Below, in pieces: positions 38,232 through 51,906 of a stretch of 64,000 nucleotides of DNA (position 1 is the first letter of the stretch; each line of letters starts with the position of its first letter). The notes beneath the pieces are model-generated. The model saw only the letters and a list, made by a program, of their open reading frames with translations. It was not told the DNA's origin and ran no database searches. The DNA comes from Paragordius varius (Eukaryota; Animalia; Nematomorpha): assembly GCA_964247055.1 (NCBI GenBank), contig OZ176051.1, positions 13,330,001 through 13,394,000 on the forward strand, read 5' to 3'. Both the position numbers and the translations under genes were made by a program.

Positions 38232-38856
38232 GTATTTATATATATATATATATATATATAACTAGATCACACAAATAAATATTAATGAGTTAAAAGCACC
38301 CATTTTATAATCTTCCTTAAATAAAAAAAAATATTACGAATTCTTTGGGATGAAATTTGATGAGGAATTATTTTAGCATAATTTTCAAATTTTGATCCAA
38401 GAGAAAGTGTTGATTCGAATGTTATTTGATATGCAAGGATTCCATATCTGCGACGACTAACATCAGTCCTACAAGGTCATGGTTCTATATTTAAATGAAA
38501 TTTAATAAAAATAATACTTATATCTATTGAAACTTTATATATAAACAATACATCCTATAACTCTATTGGATGAGTATTCATTATATTTTTTGATCAAAAA
38601 TCATTATTCTGAAACTAAATTTTAAACTTGTGCAGGATGTAGTTTCGTGCCACGACTCGAATATCGAGAAAATTCATATCAGCCTCAACAGGTGTTTGAC
38701 CTCTGTATAGAAGTATTATATGGCACAAATATTTTTACGATTGTCTAATCGAAAGAGTCTATTTTGTGTAATATTAGTGAGATTAAGCTTCACCACTGGC
38801 TTGCATTCATTTTGTATGGTTTAATGCTTTTAAAAGATTTTAATTTAAAACAACGT

Positions 38857-40045
38857 CCAGGTGTAGTTATAAGCTATTACGAGTTTTACTGAGAAAAAAA
38901 GTTAGCAAAAAATACGCAGCCAATAAAATAGACGCCATTTTGTTCATCTGACATTGAACGACAAACATGCACAAGTCACCAAAAATAGCAGCTTAATTTT
39001 TCATCAATTATAATGACGAATTTCGTGCTTGAAGAACATGTGAGGCATGAGTTTTCAGACATGTATTGTCATTTTTCTTCCATCGGAAAGTTGCAAGTCA
39101 TTTGCTGGAATATATATATAGTGAGCATTCACTATCGATTAATACATGTGAAACATGGTTTCAAAATATTAAAAGTTGTTATTTAAATGCGAAATGGGCC
39201 CTCTGATAGACCACGACAGCGAAGCCGATAAAGTACAAGAGTTATTGAATAATGACCCTACTGTATTTACACACAATTGGCCGAAGCTTTACATCCATCA
39301 CAAAAAAAACCAGTAAACGTCTACAACAACCAATAAACTCAGTTATGGTTCCTGCACAATTAGAATGAATGTCAAATTAAATGGCAAAGTGAACTAATAC
39401 TGGTTCAACATTAAAGGTTCTACTCTTGCGGTGACGGGTAACGACAAGTGTCTTTATTTTGTGAATCAAAAGCGGAAAAAAGCTGGCTTTTACGTCGACA
39501 AGCTGGTTTATTAACATTAAGGACATATTGCTTTGAAAATGACATCATTCTCTGTATGTGATGGGATCACAGTGGTATATGCAATAAGAACTTTAAAAGC
39601 CCGATGAAACCGACACACAACGCTGTCGCCGGATAATAACTATGTATTAATCAAAATACAATCGGAATGAGTAAAAGATGTAAAAGATTTATCTACTTGA
39701 CAATTCCGGCTTAATTAGCAGCAGTAAAAGACAGTTATATCTTCGATGGGAAAATTTTCATATACGTTGGACTCCACTGACCAGGTGCTTTCTGAGAATT
39801 ATCTCTTGGTATCAGTAGAACACACTCTCTCAGGCAGCACTCAATATTTTTGAAGACTTTGGAAAACGGCTTGACAAATTGTTTGCCATGTCAATTATGT
39901 ATGGCGGGGCCTTCATATAATCCATGAGAGATGGGGGGAAATGTGTAATGATGGACAATATTTTGTATAAGATAAAATAGTGATTACCCTCCAAAATTAC
40001 CTGTTTTCTTGCCTTGAAGCGGTATAGACTTATAACTACACCTGG
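38857..40045 (+). mobile_element. Near full-length mariner relic
   Basis: TIRs CCAGGTGTAGTTATAAG / CTTATAACTACACCTGG (the terminal CCAGGTGTA also begins the Mos1 TIR). About 1.19 kb. Decayed SEHSLSINTCETWFQ, AVTGNDK..YFVNQKRKKSW, ILCMxWDHSG and C-terminal blocks. Confidence 0.85.
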
Positions 40046-42623
40046 TTAAAATATGCCTAATAAATTTGGATGATGGACACAATTTTAAAATTTTGAAATA
40101 ATACCAATTAAGGTGCTGTAGTTTTTAAAGGTAATTTAACACATAAATCGTTTAATGTTCTATTTTTTGACATCGTTCATATTATGTTAAAATATATTTT
40201 ACTACTAAATGCTTTAAACCAAATTTATGTGTAAAATATTAAATTTAAAATCTAACATGAATATAAATGCAAAGGGTAAAGTGTATAATGGGTTCGTAAA
40301 TTAACGCAAATAGTAATATTTTTTGAAAAAACATTATATTATCAGTAAACAAAAATAAATGCGGACGGATACGCTTTATATAAAAATTATACTGTTGTTG
40401 TCTAATAAAATTAATTGGTCCTGTAAATATTCCGCTAAAAATTCCTAAAAAATTGAATTAATAAAAGTTTTTTACGCTAAAAAATCTTTTATATATAAAA
40501 ATGTGAAAAAATAAAATAAATCTATGTGCTCGAATCAGGGTCCATAAATAATTTTTTTGTTTGCACACCCAGTTTTTTATATTTGAATTGGTTTTAAACA
40601 TTGCTTACATATGAATAATTTTATATATGATATATTTCCCAGAGATTCTGAAAGTTATAGCTGAAAATAATTGACTCATTTTTAAGCTACAATCTGATGG
40701 CTCTCAAAGAGATTAATATTGACAATTATTTCTAAATCAAATCATATTCGAATATTTAGGTTCTCAAGTTAAAATATGGAAATCATATTCGGTAAAAAGT
40801 TAATATATGTCTTTTTAAATAGCTTACAATTAAAAAATAATGAGAAAGCGTTTTTCATTGATTTGGATAGTAAATACATAAAGGGGTTATTATATTATAT
40901 AATAATTGTTAGTAATTTTTAAAGACAACACATTGTAAAAATAAATAGAACAATTATAATTAAAAATTATATTTTTTTGACTTAATATATACGAGATACA
41001 GTTTGATTGATTTTTAGGAATAAAATGATTTATTTTGTCTTTAAATTATCATAACATTATATTATCCAGACGGTCCCAAATATAATACTGTTCTCAAAAT
41101 TTTTGTGGATTTCGTAATGATGAAAAGTTTCAAAATTTGGACTCTAATTCATCGGTAAAGTGTGATTAGTTAACGTTTAAAATACCGACATTAAGCATGC
41201 ATTAAACTATATGCGACTTTGTTTTGGTTGTATATAAAATTTGATTTAAATTAATTAATCATAAAAATAAAATTTGCGCATGTTTTTTGTGATTTTCCAT
41301 AATCATTTTCTAGCGGATTTTTGGGAAAAACTTAACCAGATAGGTTTGTGTGATCAGGTTATTCATCCGAGCAATAATCACCACAATCAGCTAAATGTTA
41401 TCAAATATACCTCATAACACATATATTAAACATTAAAAATGGCCATTATCTAGTAGTGCATAAATAAATTAATGAATACATCTTAAAATATATTTTTAAA
41501 TAAGTCATTTTGAGTTGGAATCAATGCCGAAGCTATAAATTGTGCCCACTCCCCCCCCCCCCCCCCCTGGAAAATAAAAAAAATAAAGCTCCTGGTTTGC
41601 ATTGGACCCCTGCACTGCTCCCCCTAGCTCTCTCTAATTTCACCACTGGTTGGGATGCGTAACTATAATACGTTCCGACAAATTAAAAAGTTCAACATTT
41701 ATATAAAATTTATATCCCACACTACTCAATACATGTTGTTTTTTCCTGTGAAGAATACTATAAATTCGAGAACGTTTACTAAAAGAAATATGGTTTATTT
41801 AAAAAACGATCAGCAACTTTTATTTAAAGTTGAAAATTGACTTCTTAAATTAAATTTAGCTTTAAAGTATTCCAAGAATTCCTTTAAGAGATAGATGAGT
41901 TATACCAACAAAATCGGTATTCTAGGGTATTAACCATCTCATTACGTCAGCATTTATATTTATGAAACGTGATTTTATCGTATTCTTGGCCCAAATATTG
42001 AAACCCTCCTTGAAGCTTGGCTCAAACGTGTATGATAGATTTATCACCATTTGGTAACAGTGCGCACAATAATAATATTTTTATGAAATAAATCGTCTTT
42101 TCAAAATTGGAATGAAGTTCATTTCGGAGTTTATTATAATCTTTTAGAAATCATTTTTCTGCGAGTGTGTTTGAGAGAGAATTATTTACACTTCATGACC
42201 TTCTCACTTTCCGTGATAACTTATTAGGGTACTTTTACCCATAGCCCAATTTTCTAATTGTAAATAAATAACTGTTTAGAAAGTTATTTTAGTTAAAACT
42301 TCATTATCCAATATTGTACTCATGTATTTAAAAAGGCTTATATTTTTCAGTTTTGTGACTTAATGTCTAAAATTGGGACATCTTTAAAACTGAAACGAAC
42401 AGATTAAAATCATATATGTTACTGGTGAAAATTTAATTATTTACATTTTCCCATCATAAACATTTGTTTTCCGGTTCAATTAGAGATTTAAAAAAAATAA
42501 AATAAATTGCGGCAAAGTTTGAGAAGAGGATTTTTTTACAATTTTACAATTTTAAATTATTTGTCTATTACCGCCTAAAAGGCTAAAGAAAGCATACCAA
42601 CTCAATACCCTAAATAATTAAGA

Positions 42624-43160
42624 CAGGGCTTCTTAAACTATGGGTAGCGACCCCTGGAACACGTAACAAAATTATGGGGTCGCGAGTGATATAACTGCAA
42701 TTCCAAAAAAGCCCTTGTCTGAATTCTGGATTGGAACTAGAACTGAATTTCCCACAAACTATGGCGAAAAATATAATTCTGCCATTCTGCACCACATATT
42801 TATATGAAATTACTTTCTTAGCTTTAACACATATTAAATTCTATATCGTTCAACGATAAAAAATGTTGAGGACCACTCAACTACTTGAATATATTCGAGA
42901 TAAGACGGTCAGAATCCACTTTTGTTTTTGATACTATAATAAAAACATTTCCATAACATTTTGTGCAAATTTCAATTTTAGATTTTATAAGTTTCAAAAC
43001 GTATTCCAAATTTATATATTTTAATGTGCATATAAATATTGTTACCTAATAAATATAATATCATCATAAAATATTTATTATTTTTCTTTTATGTTTGTTG
43101 TCGTTAAGAAACTCGCAATCATAAATGGGGTCGGGAATTACAAAAGTTTAAGAAGCCCTG
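42624..43160 (+). mobile_element. Internally deleted Charlie/Buster-type hAT element
   Basis: TIRs CAGGGCTTCTTAAACT / AGTTTAAGAAGCCCTG. Retains only the C-terminal dimerisation block (LSEFWIGTRTEFP...LPFCTTYLYEITFLALTHIK...KNVED). No TSD match. Confidence 0.8.
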
Positions 43161-43833
43161 CTTTGCATTCAAATTTTTAATCGCTCTGGGATAGAAAAAC
43201 CCAAAAGATCATCTAGTGTTAAATTTCTTGTTATATTGCTTAAACCCCTTATCTATGGAATTATGAATAGTGCAATTAAAAATCGCATTTTTTTGGCGGT
43301 TGAGAAAAGGCTATAATATAAATTGTTCATTTCATTTTTTAAAGCTTAACCGAAAATTACCTTGGACAATAAACGATGCCACAAGAGCAGATGTATTATC
43401 TCAACAAGGTAAACTTCCATCGGCTAAATCCCGTTTCATTAGGAGGAAAAGGAGGTAGCCAAAAAAATTATGGCAATGTACTATTCATTTTTTGAGTACA
43501 TACACATATATAATATTCAAAGCAGGTATGTACAAAGCGCTTTTTAGGAAAAAGTACTCTAAAAAATGCTAAAAAAATGAAAATTAAATTTCAATTAGAA
43601 ATTTACGATTATTTAGAATATGTATCAATTTGGGCTCAAAATAATTAAAAAAGGTAAGCAGCCACGAAGATATTTGTGTTGGACACCCTTGATTCAAAGC
43701 ATTTAATATACCTAATATATTCCTCTTCTAACTGAGTGAGATGCAGAGTATAAAATTTGACGCAAAATTTGAAAAGTATGTTTTACCATGATGATGTATT
43801 AATGTTTCTATTTGATGAGCAATCACTTTATCT

Positions 43834-45339
43834 CAGGGCTTCTTAAACTTTTGTGAGTCGCGACCCCACTTATGGTCGCAAATTTCTTGGCGACCCCAAT
43901 AAATATAAAAGAAAAATAAATTAAGATATTTTGATGATATATTTATTAGGAAAAAATATACATATGCATATGAAAATATATAAATTTAGAATTCGTTTTG
44001 AACCATAAAAAATCATAAATTAAAATTTGCACAAATATTCCGATTATTATAATATAGTGTATAAATTTACTATGAATCAGAAGATATTATAGAAATTTAT
44101 AAATACATATATTTTTAAAACCGAAATAATTATTGTTATTGAGGACGAGATCGAAATATTTTTAACTATATAAAAATGAGAATTTGCTGCTTTTTTTCAA
44201 AATGACTTGTGGCTATCCAAGTGTAATTTGTCGGATATTTTTGCGAAGTAAACGATCCCAACTTGTATCTTCACTAAAAAATATGCACATATATACTTCA
44301 AGCGATAAAATTGCAAGTTTTATTAAAAAGATCAGCATTTGCAAAAGTAGAGTTGAAAAAAATTCGTTTGAAATGTTTTCCAGTGTCTACAATTTTGTAA
44401 TTGAGAAAATTGATTGTAAAACTTATATTGAAAAACTATTGTACATCACTAAAAAGCGCTAGAAATACATTTCCTGACATATTTTATATTAAATATCATT
44501 AAAAAAAATTATTTGGATTCAAAAGCCTTGGATTGGCTTAAGTTAGATTGATCATCTGCCACTTAAAACTCAAGATGAATTTGCTAAGATTTTGTGTAAA
44601 TCTACAATTGAATGAATTCTGGATCTAAACTAGGACTGAATCAATCGCCGACATGAAATGTACTTCTGCCATTAAACACCACATATTTATGTGATGTTAC
44701 TTTCTCAGCTTGAACAAACATTAAATCCCAATATCGTTCAGCGATAAAAAATGTTGAAGAGGTTTTACTAGTTTCAAACATTACACCAAGATTACAGTCT
44801 TTCAAAATATTCTTTAGATTTATTGACATACGAAACATGCTTTGATTCAAAATGTCTTCTTAATTTTGATGGTTTCATACTCTCCGAAGCCAATAATTCA
44901 TTGCATATCAAACAAAGGTTGTTCCATTACAATTTTGAAATGTAAAGCCAAATTGAAGAAAAGACTCATCATATTTTCTTTTTCGCACATTAGATGTCTC
45001 TTTTCCAATACTTTGTCCTGACTGAGAACAATTTGTTGGATTAATATCTGCGTCATTACAATTCTTATTTAACCATTTACATGGGCAAAAATTATTTTTA
45101 TCCTAAATAAATATATAAAAATAACATATTGCAGATTGTATTTGATTATTAATTACGGAATAAAAAGAAAACTAAAATCTTGTTACAGAGGGCACTGACA
45201 AATTAAAACTAGAAGAGCAAATATAATTGTTTTTTCACAAAAGACGTTCCCAAAGACAATCTTTTCTTCAATCCATAAACATGTGAATTAGCTATGTTCG
45301 GAAGAGAAATGCTGGTATAAACAGTTTTTCGGAACCCGA

Positions 45340-45375
<36 letters not shown>

Positions 45376-45515
45376 ACGATAATGGTTATTTTTTTAACAA
45401 TAATTTTACAAGTTAAAAAACATTTTTTGTTAAATTGTATTTTTATCACTCGCGACCCCATAATTTTGTTACGCGACCCCAAATAGGGTCGCGACCCATA
45501 GTTTAGGAACCCCTG
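43834..45515 (-). mobile_element. Charlie/Buster-type hAT element (ZBED5/ZBED8-like transposase relic) with internal inversion
   Basis: TIRs CAGGGCTTCTTAAAC / GTTTAGGAACCCCTG; perfect 8-bp TSD CTTTATCT. The BED-finger N-terminus (RKRKYDESFLQFGF...ICNELLASESMKPSKLRRHFESKH) is on - at about 44800-45090. The C-terminal part (SDKIASFIKKI; LPLNTTYLCDVTFSA...KNVEE) is on + at about 44130-44770. Confidence 0.9.
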
Positions 45516-45559
45516 CTTTATCTGGATCTAATCTGCACTGTTAAAATATTATAAACATT

Positions 45560-46764
45560 ATCGGTTTAATTACAAGAAGGAAAAATATAATGATTTTGAT
45601 AGGGTTTCTGAAAAGAACATTTGCAGCATGATTGCTTTTATTTTTCCGTTAAAAGTAAAAAGGTTTTGAAAAACGTCGTTTGCTATCCATAACTGCGATT
45701 ATTGATGATCCAACTCAATATCAATGGCCACTAAGAAGTATTAGGCAAAAAACAGTAGGAATCTATCTATAAACTAGATAAATGAATTTCACACAATTTG
45801 AATAAACCTCAAATCGAAAACACGGTGACTTGTGAAGTCATGCTTCAGCATTACGAAGAAAATAATTTTTGCATCGAATTGTGATGATGAAATGGCCTCA
45901 TTTTAAGATCCAATGGTGAAAAAATAATGGTTCGCCTGCGGAGCCAGTTTATTAACACCAAGTCAAAATCGCTTCGGCAAGAAAATCATATCTGTGTAAC
46001 TATAATACTATTTACAATTCAAATTCACCCTCGAACAATTATTCACCCTCTAACGATTCAAAATCATTAACAATATAAATTCTCCTAAAATAAATTATGT
46101 GTAAATATATAAAAAATTACATATATTCATTTATATTTTTGAAAAATAAAATTTCGTTTAAAATAAACACTGAAAAATTATAAACAATTAAAATTAATGA
46201 TGAGTTTTATTAGCCTAAAATACAAAATATATTTTTAGAGTGAATTCGAAATGTTCGAGATTAATTTGAATTGCTCAAGGGCGAATTTAAATTGTTCAAT
46301 GGTGATTTTAATTAAATAGTAAACGCAGAGTTATAACCCACAACAAATGATTAGTTTGAACCAGATTTTTATAGAAAAAAGTCCGTAATGGACCAGGACA
46401 TGATAAAAGGATTTTAACACATGACAAGAATCTCTCGCGCAGCAAAACCATTGAATGATCCCTTTTAATCGCTTAAATTTGAGATTTTTCGCATCCGCTG
46501 CACTCTCCCTAACTGGCTCCATTATCATTTCTTCGTATCGTTGAAGATTACCCCAGAGCAGTACTTCACTAATTGTAGAGTTAAACATGGCTTGATGAAT
46601 GATGGTTATCTGAAAAAACTATTGATTTTCTGACACACCTTTATATATTACATGTGAGATGCGTGAAATGTTTAGAAGCGGAAAGATAATATTTTGTTAA
46701 ATAATTGCGTTCATAATTTATGTTTTTACCATAAACCCGGTAAAGACATATGACTAAACGCGAT
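45560..46764 (+). mobile_element. Mariner relic interrupted by a family D foldback MITE
   Basis: CEVMLQHYEENNF.HRIV, TPSQNRFGKKII.C (45830-45995), HPLHSP.LAP and C-terminal VKCLEA blocks (46480-46690). Weak TIR similarity at the ends. Confidence 0.75.
46008..46302. mobile_element. Foldback-like MITE, family D
   Basis: TA|CTATTTACAATTCAAATTCACCCTCGAACAATT at the left; AATTGCTCAAGGGCGAATTTAAATTGTTCAATGG at the right (reverse complement starts CCATTG). About 21-bp subterminal repeats; 295 bp. Confidence 0.65.
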
Positions 46765-49700
46765 AAAATAGCTAATATATTATATGATGCAATATTTTAA
46801 TTTTTAATAAAAAGGGCTTAGACCATTACCAACACTAAGTATATAAATATATTCGACAAGCGATATATTTTCTTATAGAGGTGTTATTCATATTTTATAC
46901 ATTTAAATATTTTATATACAAAGTAGCCTATTTTATTTAATTATAGAACCTTTATATATAGCTTCTACATAAAAATTCCTTAGAAAATATTAGGTCTCTT
47001 ATGGAAAACTTACATGAGCACCAAAATATTTTTTACACCTAACTATTTCGTTACAAACTTATATTTTTAGGATGGTATTAACAAATCAAATTTTTGAAAA
47101 AAAGATGTCTTTACAAACTTGTCATTTATGAAGATTAATTGGAGGTTTTTAATTAATTCAATATACAATTAATTTGTTAACATATACAATATACATTTTA
47201 ATGGAGGCTTATTCGCAAAATAGTTGGTCGAATGGCAACAAAGTATACACTATTTAGCCTATCGACCAACTATTATAATTTGATGAGCCAACATTCATAC
47301 AGTAGAAGTTTTGAATAAAAATTGTACTTTATTTCCTTTCCATCTTCGTATTCCAAACCAAAATAATCGCATTCCAGCAAATTTATTTGACAGACTTCAT
47401 CAAATAAAGTTTTCCCACTGCTTTCACCTAACAAAGAAATTTGAATGTTTAATTTTATTTATTATCTAATAATAAATCATTCAAATTTTAAATTCGCTTC
47501 ATGAGGTATGATTTTTACAAGTCATTATTAATAGTTTTTAAAATTATCACCTTAGAGAGTAATAACTAATTTTAGATTAAAATAAATATATATTAAAATT
47601 TACTGCAATTTTGTGAAAAAATTTAGGATATGTATCATGCGTTTAATTGAGGGTGAAATAGATATTATATTTATATTAATAACCGATCCGCCATCGTCCA
47701 GGGTCTGAAAAAATGGTAGTAACTCCAAATATACTTAAAATTAACTAACATTAATGTTCTGTTTGCAAAAATTTAATTAATATTCATTGGATTAGTAAAA
47801 AACATAATTTACATATTTTATTCAATTGAGCCTTGATATTTTTGAAAAGCGACTTTAATAACAAAATAGATTTTTTTCGTATTAAAAGTAAAAAATTTGG
47901 AAATTTTGTTAATGGAGAATCTTAATATTATATATCAATATATCACTCAAATTTATTTTAAAAAATTTAAGTTAATGTAACAAGAATTACCAAATAGAGC
48001 TAACAAATTTTATAAGAATATTTGAGATGATAGAAATGGTCAGCATCATATATGGGGAAAAATGTTTTTGCAACATCTTAAAAATATACCGTTTCCACTA
48101 TGCATCACCAAAATCTTGATATAAATTAAATTTTAAGAAAATTACCATTTTTCGAAAAAAATAATTTTTTAGATATCAAAACTTAGCATATATTTGAAAT
48201 TTTTATCTCGCAATATCAGCATTTTTGCTATAGAGAGTACTTGCTAATTTTCGACGAGCACTAAAATTTGAGACTTTTCAACATCTTTAATATATTATAA
48301 AATATTTTTCGTTTTATATATATTTGATATGTTTTAGTGATATTCTTTATAATGGCCCATTTAGCTTTAGAAAATAAATAATAAAATGTGCTCAGATTTT
48401 AACATTTTTTGTTATAGCAGAATTACCACAAAAGTGGTTATAATTAGATCATTGTAAGGTTCAAAGCCAAACGCACCATAGGAAATATATTATTTAGCAG
48501 AATATATATTTCTTAGGATATTTTTTGAACAATGTGTTATCTAGGAGGCGGCCCTTGGTGAGTTTTTGTGTGATCCGCAAAAATTTATATATATAATCAG
48601 AATAGTATAATTATTTCCGTTTTTAAAAATAGAATTTATCATTCGCCAACTTTAATATAATTATTTTTATATTGAATATCTAAAAAAACTTTCAATAATT
48701 ATAGACATTATCAAATTGTTCGTTATTAATATAACAATATTACATGATATAATATCAGTTATTAAAACTATAAATCATGGCTATTTTGAATACCATTTAT
48801 ACAAAATTATTAGTAGTAACTGTTAAAATAACCAGTTTTAATATTTTTTTCATAAAAAATGGTGTGTAAAATTTATTAAAAAGATGTACCTTAAAGTTAT
48901 AAAATAATACAAAGCGCAATATGCGCAAGGATTGCATCAATTGTTCATATATTTTTTTATAAATTGATATAATAATAAATAATTTTCCTACTCAAACATG
49001 TCGATTAAGAAAAACTAACATTGCTTAGAGTATCCAGTGGGGTAGATAGAGGCAAAATGGGGGCTGATGCACCGGACGCAATAGTTGAAGGGGCGCCGGA
49101 TTATAAAATTTTAATTTTATTTCAAAAAATAGGTATTTAAAAGTATTACTTAAAATAATACATAAAAAATCACCCATTTATGAGTACGGTTTGAATTTGA
49201 TGATTTTTTGAAAATGCAAGGGGTTGCATGGAAGGGGAGGGGGCTGCCATAACGGATATACACTAGGCGCCATAATGCAAGCTGGTAGCTTATAAAATCA
49301 AGTCTTTTTCAGATAGAAAGTTTGATAAATTATTTTTTCAAAAACAAATTAGTAAATTTACAACTCAGTTCATATAAAGCCCAATCAGATGAAATAATTT
49401 AGCATGATATAGTTATTAATTATTGTTGGCTTTATTTAGAAAAAAATGAAATATTGGCAACATTAGTTTGAGATATGGAATCATTTTTCGATATAATTAA
49501 AGCATGTAATTTCTTAAAAATAAAAAGTTGGTATTTGAATATTTTTAAAGATTTCATTGGTTTCAAATTATAAAAAAAATTTCGTGCGTTGGGATAGATA
49601 ACCACCGTCTCTCAAATATTTCTATTAATTTAACATATGTGTTTTATCTAGAATCTGTGGTAAAAAATTATATATAAACATAAATTTCTTAAACAAATTT

Positions 49701-51538
49701 CAATTTGAACACTACAACCATTGGCAACGAAATAGTTATTTTGTTAGTAGAGCAGATTAAAATTGGTAAGAAGAAATAAAAGAAAGCGGGTGACCACATA
49801 AAAAATTATTTAAATAATATTTAATTCAACTTATCTACCTTTAAACAATCCTAAATAAATTTTAGAAGCTTTAAAAAATAAAAAATCAAGCCGCACTGTA
49901 CATTAATTTCAGTAATATCATTTTTTAATCGGAGTAGCGATTGGCTAAAAGAAAATGGATGTTCTTGAAAATATAAGATCACTTTTTTTCGAATATAAAA
50001 ATAGCACTATCGACTTTTCTAATTTTTAGTAATATAACGGTAAATTATAATCATATGTGCAGGATAAAAATGTATGACAAATCACATTAATTTTTACATT
50101 ATCTTCTTATATAAAGTTTGTAATCTATTTTTCTTTTAAAAAATTCCAGATAGGTTGAATATTTACTTGTTGAAAAAATAAAATCGATTATTAAATTGTC
50201 CTTGAATGTATTGAAATTATTAAAATTTTTAATGACAAATAATGGTTTTATTACGATATTAGAAACGTATATTTTTATTATATCCTCACTCATGGCTTAT
50301 GCCTCAAATCTGTTAATTTACATATTTATTGAGAAATAAGGACACTAGCATTAATGGTCAACAATCGCTTTTAGAAATTTTTTATTAAACACTTTAAATA
50401 ATGACAGCCTTTAACTACTCACAAGGTTGCGATTCAACATTTTAGAGAAAAGTAAAAAAAGGCCCTTCCTAGCTAAACATTTTAAATCAATCCTATAGTA
50501 TTCTAGCAACTATATTTCTGATCTTTATTTGGGAAATTCCTGTGTTGGATTATGATATAAAAATATCATGAAGGGCGTTTTATCGTATTATAAGCATGGT
50601 GGAAATGGGATAGGAAGACTTTGATTTTAACACCCTTTTATATTCATACTAAACATTTTTTCTTATCAGATTTTTGATTAAAAGATTCGTTAGTCTTAAT
50701 AATAATTAGATATAAAAAAAAAGTCTACTTCAACTTGAATAATTAACCTGAGGTAAAGAAATATGCAATACATCAAATCATATGGGAAAACTCTTTAATT
50801 ACACTAAAAATACCGTTTCCACCATCCTTCCAATCACCACAAATTACAAACAATAAAACTTAGCAAAAAACAATTTTAAGCAAATTATGAACTTTATTAA
50901 AATTTAATGTCATCTAGCATTTATTAAAGATTCATATTGCGCAATTTTAATATTAGTTCAAAGGTATTATTAAATATTAAACCTTTGGATCCTTATTTAA
51001 CATAAATTTAATATAAAATATTCTTTAAAAACACACTATATATAATGTATTTTTGGAAGAGGCAATTAGCTTTCTAAAATTTACCGACATAATAGACAAC
51101 ATTTTTAAGTTTGAATAAGGAGTATTTGTCATAAAATTTAGAAACGATACCTTTAAACTCACATTAACGCTCCCAAAAGTACAATATGAATATTGATACA
51201 TTTATTTATCAGACTAATAAAATATTTAAAAGTCCAGTTTATTAAATTTGCGGTATTTTTTAATAATTTTTGTTTATTTTGATGTACTATTTTTTTCTAC
51301 AATAAAATATAAATAATTATACCAAAAAATTAAGATCTATCCAGGTATCCAGAAAAGGGTGTGACAGGCTTGCTCCTTAGCGTCAATCTCCTCAAAGGAC
51401 GACCCTTACCGCCTTCCCACGCTTTTAGCGCGTCAGGGCAGGGAAACGTCATAGCATTCTTCACGGCTTCTAACAAATATGTGCAATGAAACGTATAATA
51501 CAAAATACATGGTAAGCTAATGTGTAAATAATTATATA

Positions 51539-51840
51539 CCATTTTTTATACAAAAACATCATATTTTTAACCTAATGCAACATTTTTTCAACCAAACGCA
51601 ACATTTTTTCAACCAAAGACAACATTTTTTTATCCAAAGGGAACATTTTTCCAAAAACAACATTTTTTCAAGCAAAAGCAAAATTATTTTAAATATTAAA
51701 ACCATTTTTTTTATTTTATGACATATTAAATTTTAAGTAAATGTAATTTAATTTTAGCGTAAATTTTTGATTTTAATTTTTTATTATCAATATTTAATGG
51801 TAAATTAAAACAATATTTTTTCCTTTTACAACAGTTTCAC
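51539..51840. mobile_element. Foldback-like element arm, family C (only one arm seen)
   Basis: TA|CCATTTTTT followed by about 6 degenerate 20-21 bp units (CAACATTTTTTCAACCAAACG) at about 51560-51690. Right boundary approximate. Confidence 0.5.
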
Positions 51841-51906
51841 CTGATCAATAAATACAATTTGGGCTTTAAGATTGTCCTTGAAAATTTAAAGTTGGTCCTA
51901 GAACAT

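Larger units (their letters stand above)
41930..51460 (-). pseudogene. Multi-exon FERM-domain (Band 4.1; FARP/FRMD7-like) pseudogene
   Basis: Exon 47328-47427 (ttgttAG...GT) reads SGKTLFDEVCQINLLECDYFGLEYEDGKEIK. Exon 43361-43458 reads YLLFLLMKRDLADGSLPC*DNTSALVASFIVQ with an in-frame TGA at 43401-43403 and its acceptor changed to GG. Weaker remnants: CH..FLD.T (51323-51460), DLL.P..K (about 47070-47100), FLRNFYVE (about 46950-47000), SEMNF and INL...WAK.IR.KITF (about 41950-42200). Confidence 0.75.

Noticed and set aside
38630-38690. GTAGTTTCGTGCCACGACTC, a partial hammerhead-like pattern on the minus strand
   Set aside because: The CUGANGA core is absent at the required position and stem I cannot form.
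51455-51530. TCACGGCTTC...TGCAATG and CATG|GTAAG resembling a flatworm spliced-leader RNA
   Set aside because: No Sm site or convincing SL stem-loops follow the donor; the GC-rich island is better explained as the first FERM exon on the minus strand.
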